Assembly: GCA_963820825.1 (NCBI GenBank)
Contig: CAWGBN010000008.1
Coordinates: 384,001 to 448,000, forward strand
Direction: 5' to 3'
Source of the DNA: Vulcanimicrobiota bacterium
GTDB lineage: Bacteria > Vulcanimicrobiota > Vulcanimicrobiia > Vulcanimicrobiales > Vulcanimicrobiaceae
DNA length: 64,000 nt
A model generated the notes under the pieces. That model was not told the origin of the DNA and made no database searches. It saw only the letters and a list, made by a program, of their open reading frames with translations. Below are positions 61,884-64,000 of this stretch, piece after piece (positions within the stretch are counted from its first letter, which is position 1; every line of letters starts with the position of its first letter). The translations under genes and the position numbers were made by a program.

Positions 61884-63335
61884 CTACTGGAGGCAGGGGT
61901 GGTGATGGGTGGTTCCGTTGAGTGCTTTGAGGACCGCGCTGTGCATCGAGGCGTTGAAGGGAGCGTATTCGATGCTCTTCAGGTAAGTCGTTGCCGCCGA
62001 CGAGACGAGATACTTGATAAGGGTGGTCTTATCGGCGACGTGGATGCCGTTATTGTTGCCGTAGAAGTCTAGGTACGTAGGACCGACGATCGGGTACGTT
62101 CCCGACGGCGGATTATCGTAGAGGTTGGGCGGTAGGTAGAGCTGGCACCACGGCGTGCTGGAACCGAGCGGGTTGCCGTCGGCACCCCCGCCGTATTGAA
62201 TATGCGAGGCGGTGATTTTCTTCAGGGCGCCTGCGACGGCCGACCTGTTTGTCGGGCTTACGAAGATCGCCGTACCACCGGCGCCACCGTTTTGCAGGAG
62301 CGCCTGACCGACCTTCGGGCTGGCCGAGGCCGCCCAGGCGCCTTCCACGTAACCCGTGGCGTAAGGCGTTGATTGAATGGCCGCGAGCACGCCGGGATTG
62401 CCGCTTTCGCCGATGAAGTTGCTGCCGCTGGCCTGCATGCCGTTCGGACCCGGCCAGAGCTGGTTGATGCCGAAGGTCCACGCTGCGCTGCGGCTCGGCG
62501 AACCGTACGGGGGCGCGTTGTACGGCGCACCGAAACTGCCGTTACAGAGCGAGTTGTAGTCAGTCGTAAGAACGAACGTCGTGCCGCTCTTATCGGAACG
62601 GTAGTAGAAGGTAATCGGCTCGGATTTGCCGCCGGTCACCGACTTGCCGTTGTCGGCCGTGATCGCCCCATCGTTCCAGTTGCCGATGGTTCCGTTGGCG
62701 ATCGCGCAGTAAGTCCAGGTGGAGAGTTGAATCTGCTTGTTGACCGCCTTGAAGTCACCCGGCCGGAAGCCGTAGGCGATCGGGCCCCCGAAGACCGGGA
62801 TTTCGAAGGGCTGACCCCAGGTTACGGATCCCGTCAGACGGCCTTTGTAGTAGGTCGTGCCCGAGGTGCAGCACTCGGTCGACGCCATCGCCGCGTCGCT
62901 GCCGGCGAAGTCGGGAGGATCTTGGCGACCGCCGAGGCCTGTCGGCGACGCGCCGAGCGGCGCGCAGGGATCCGTCGTCGTGCCGTTATTGCTTTCGAAT
63001 GCGGCGCGGCCGAATCCGCTGCCGGTTAAGCAGTAGTAGATCGTTCCCGTTCCGCCATAGTTGGCGAAGAGAGAACCTGTCCCGGGCGGCGGTTGCGGAT
63101 CGGTGTATGAGCCGACCGGTTGACTTCCGAGGTTGTAGGCGTACGCTGCGAAGGTGGAGCCGCCCGCATGGAGATCTTGCGGGCCGTTGTCGTCGTGGCG
63201 GATGCGGGAGTGCGACGCCGGCGTGTTCGGAATCGCGGATACGCCCGCACCAGATCCGGCCGTGCCGCCATTACAAGCGCTCAAAACGAGCGCCGGGATG
63301 GCTGCCAAGGCCAGCGTAGCGAGAGTGTTTTTCAT
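61884..63335 (-). CDS. pstS: PstS/DING-like phosphate-binding lipoprotein
   Basis: GGSTF, TGSGFG, FAGSD, RSDKSGTT, GNPGV, GYVE, YPIVG. Confidence 0.85.
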   Translation of the reverse strand: MKNTLATLALAAIPALVLSACNGGTAGSGAGVSAIPNTPASHSRIRHDDNGPQDLHAGGSTFAAYAYNLGSQPVGSYTDPQPPPGTGSLFANYGGTGTIYYCLTGSGFGRAAFESNNGTTTDPCAPLGASPTGLGGRQDPPDFAGSDAAMASTECCTSGTTYYKGRLTGSVTWGQPFEIPVFGGPIAYGFRPGDFKAVNKQIQLSTWTYCAIANGTIGNWNDGAITADNGKSVTGGKSEPITFYYRSDKSGTTFVLTTDYNSLCNGSFGAPYNAPPYGSPSRSAAWTFGINQLWPGPNGMQASGSNFIGESGNPGVLAAIQSTPYATGYVEGAWAASASPKVGQALLQNGGAGGTAIFVSPTNRSAVAGALKKITASHIQYGGGADGNPLGSSTPWCQLYLPPNLYDNPPSGTYPIVGPTYLDFYGNNNGIHVADKTTLIKYLVSSAATTYLKSIEYAPFNASMHSAVLKALNGTTHHHPCLQ

Positions 63336-63370
63336 GTAAGGGTATCCTCTTTGCTTTCGGTTGGAGTGCA

Positions 63371-64000
63371 TCAACGGGGGTAAGCCGGACGGGCCTTGGC
63401 CTGACCGGAACCTTTAGTGATAACGAGGGCGATCGGCGCGTTCAAGCCCGTAGCCGAGCCCGAAATCGTTAACGATGGCTTGACGCTTCCGTTTTTGCTT
63501 GATGGGAATGCATCGATCGCATTGTTGAAATCGTCCGCGACGAAGAGCGTCGCGCCGTAGAGAGCAATCGTCGGGAAGAACGGCACGAGCGGATTGCTCT
63601 GATTGACACACGATGGATTAGACGTAAAGACGCCATCGAGCGTCAAGACGCGCAATGGGGCTTCGCTGGGCTGGCTCCCGCCTCCCGAGCCTGACGCAAA
63701 TACGTTCGTGCGTCCCTGGCACTCGGGATAGCTGCTCTTCGTGAACTCTTCGAGCGAATTGGCGATGAAAACTTCGGAGTTCAGGCTAAGCGCGACGTCC
63801 GTCGTTAGTCCGGGCGTGAGTTCGGTTTTGGTGTTCCAGGGTATCGTGCGCGACGGATTCACGGCCGGTTTGTTATAGTCCGAGGCCGGGGCAATGAAGA
63901 GGCCGTAGACCGGGCCGAGCGTCGAGTGGAGTGCACCGTTGACGTAGAAGTTGCCGGCCGCATCGAGCGTTAGTCCGGTTGGACCTGCATAGCGAATCTC
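63371..64000 (-). CDS. Beta-propeller (NHL-like) protein, 5' part outside the window
   Basis: Frame continues to the window edge (PTGLTLDAAGNFYVNG); LFVADDFNNAIDAF..NGSVKPSLTISGSATGL. Confidence 0.7.
   Translation of the reverse strand, partial: EIRYAGPTGLTLDAAGNFYVNGALHSTLGPVYGLFIAPASDYNKPAVNPSRTIPWNTKTELTPGLTTDVALSLNSEVFIANSLEEFTKSSYPECQGRTNVFASGSGGGSQPSEAPLRVLTLDGVFTSNPSCVNQSNPLVPFFPTIALYGATLFVADDFNNAIDAFPSSKNGSVKPSLTISGSATGLNAPIALVITKGSGQAKARPAYPR

Overview
GC-rich bacterial window. The lipoprotein families suggest Vulcanimicrobiota/Eremiobacterota (inference only). It has three parts. (1) About 1-30.5 kb is an accessory mosaic: a heavily frameshifted family-B DNA polymerase with a C-terminal HTH and, 19 kb away, a probable Cas1/casposase C-terminal remnant (possible decayed casposon). 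It also holds a truncated IS3, a truncated IS110 with a readable bridge-RNA region whose guides match its own flank and left end, and secreted hydrolases (S46 peptidase, VPS10/BNR protein, phospholipase C) plus an arylsulfatase. Several beta-propeller lipoproteins are present, three of them under a shared 65-bp promoter/operator. (2) About 14.7-19.9 kb and 30.5-59.9 kb form a hypoxia/dormancy-type gene set: USPs, P-type ATPase, PfkB, PpsA, phosphate acyltransferase, ADH, BON, HPF, nitroreductase, PRTase plus erythromycin esterase, ba3-type oxidase and two-component genes. At least 12 of its promoters share TTCNN-N6-TTCNN-N10-TANNNT, mostly 6-7 nt before the start codon (leaderless). An unannotated 58-aa stand-alone DHp (HisKA) protein is translationally coupled to an OmpR-type regulator. 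(3) About 60-64 kb is a lipoprotein/PstS cluster. Many single-base frameshifts may be consensus errors. No rRNA, tRNA or CRISPR array was seen.
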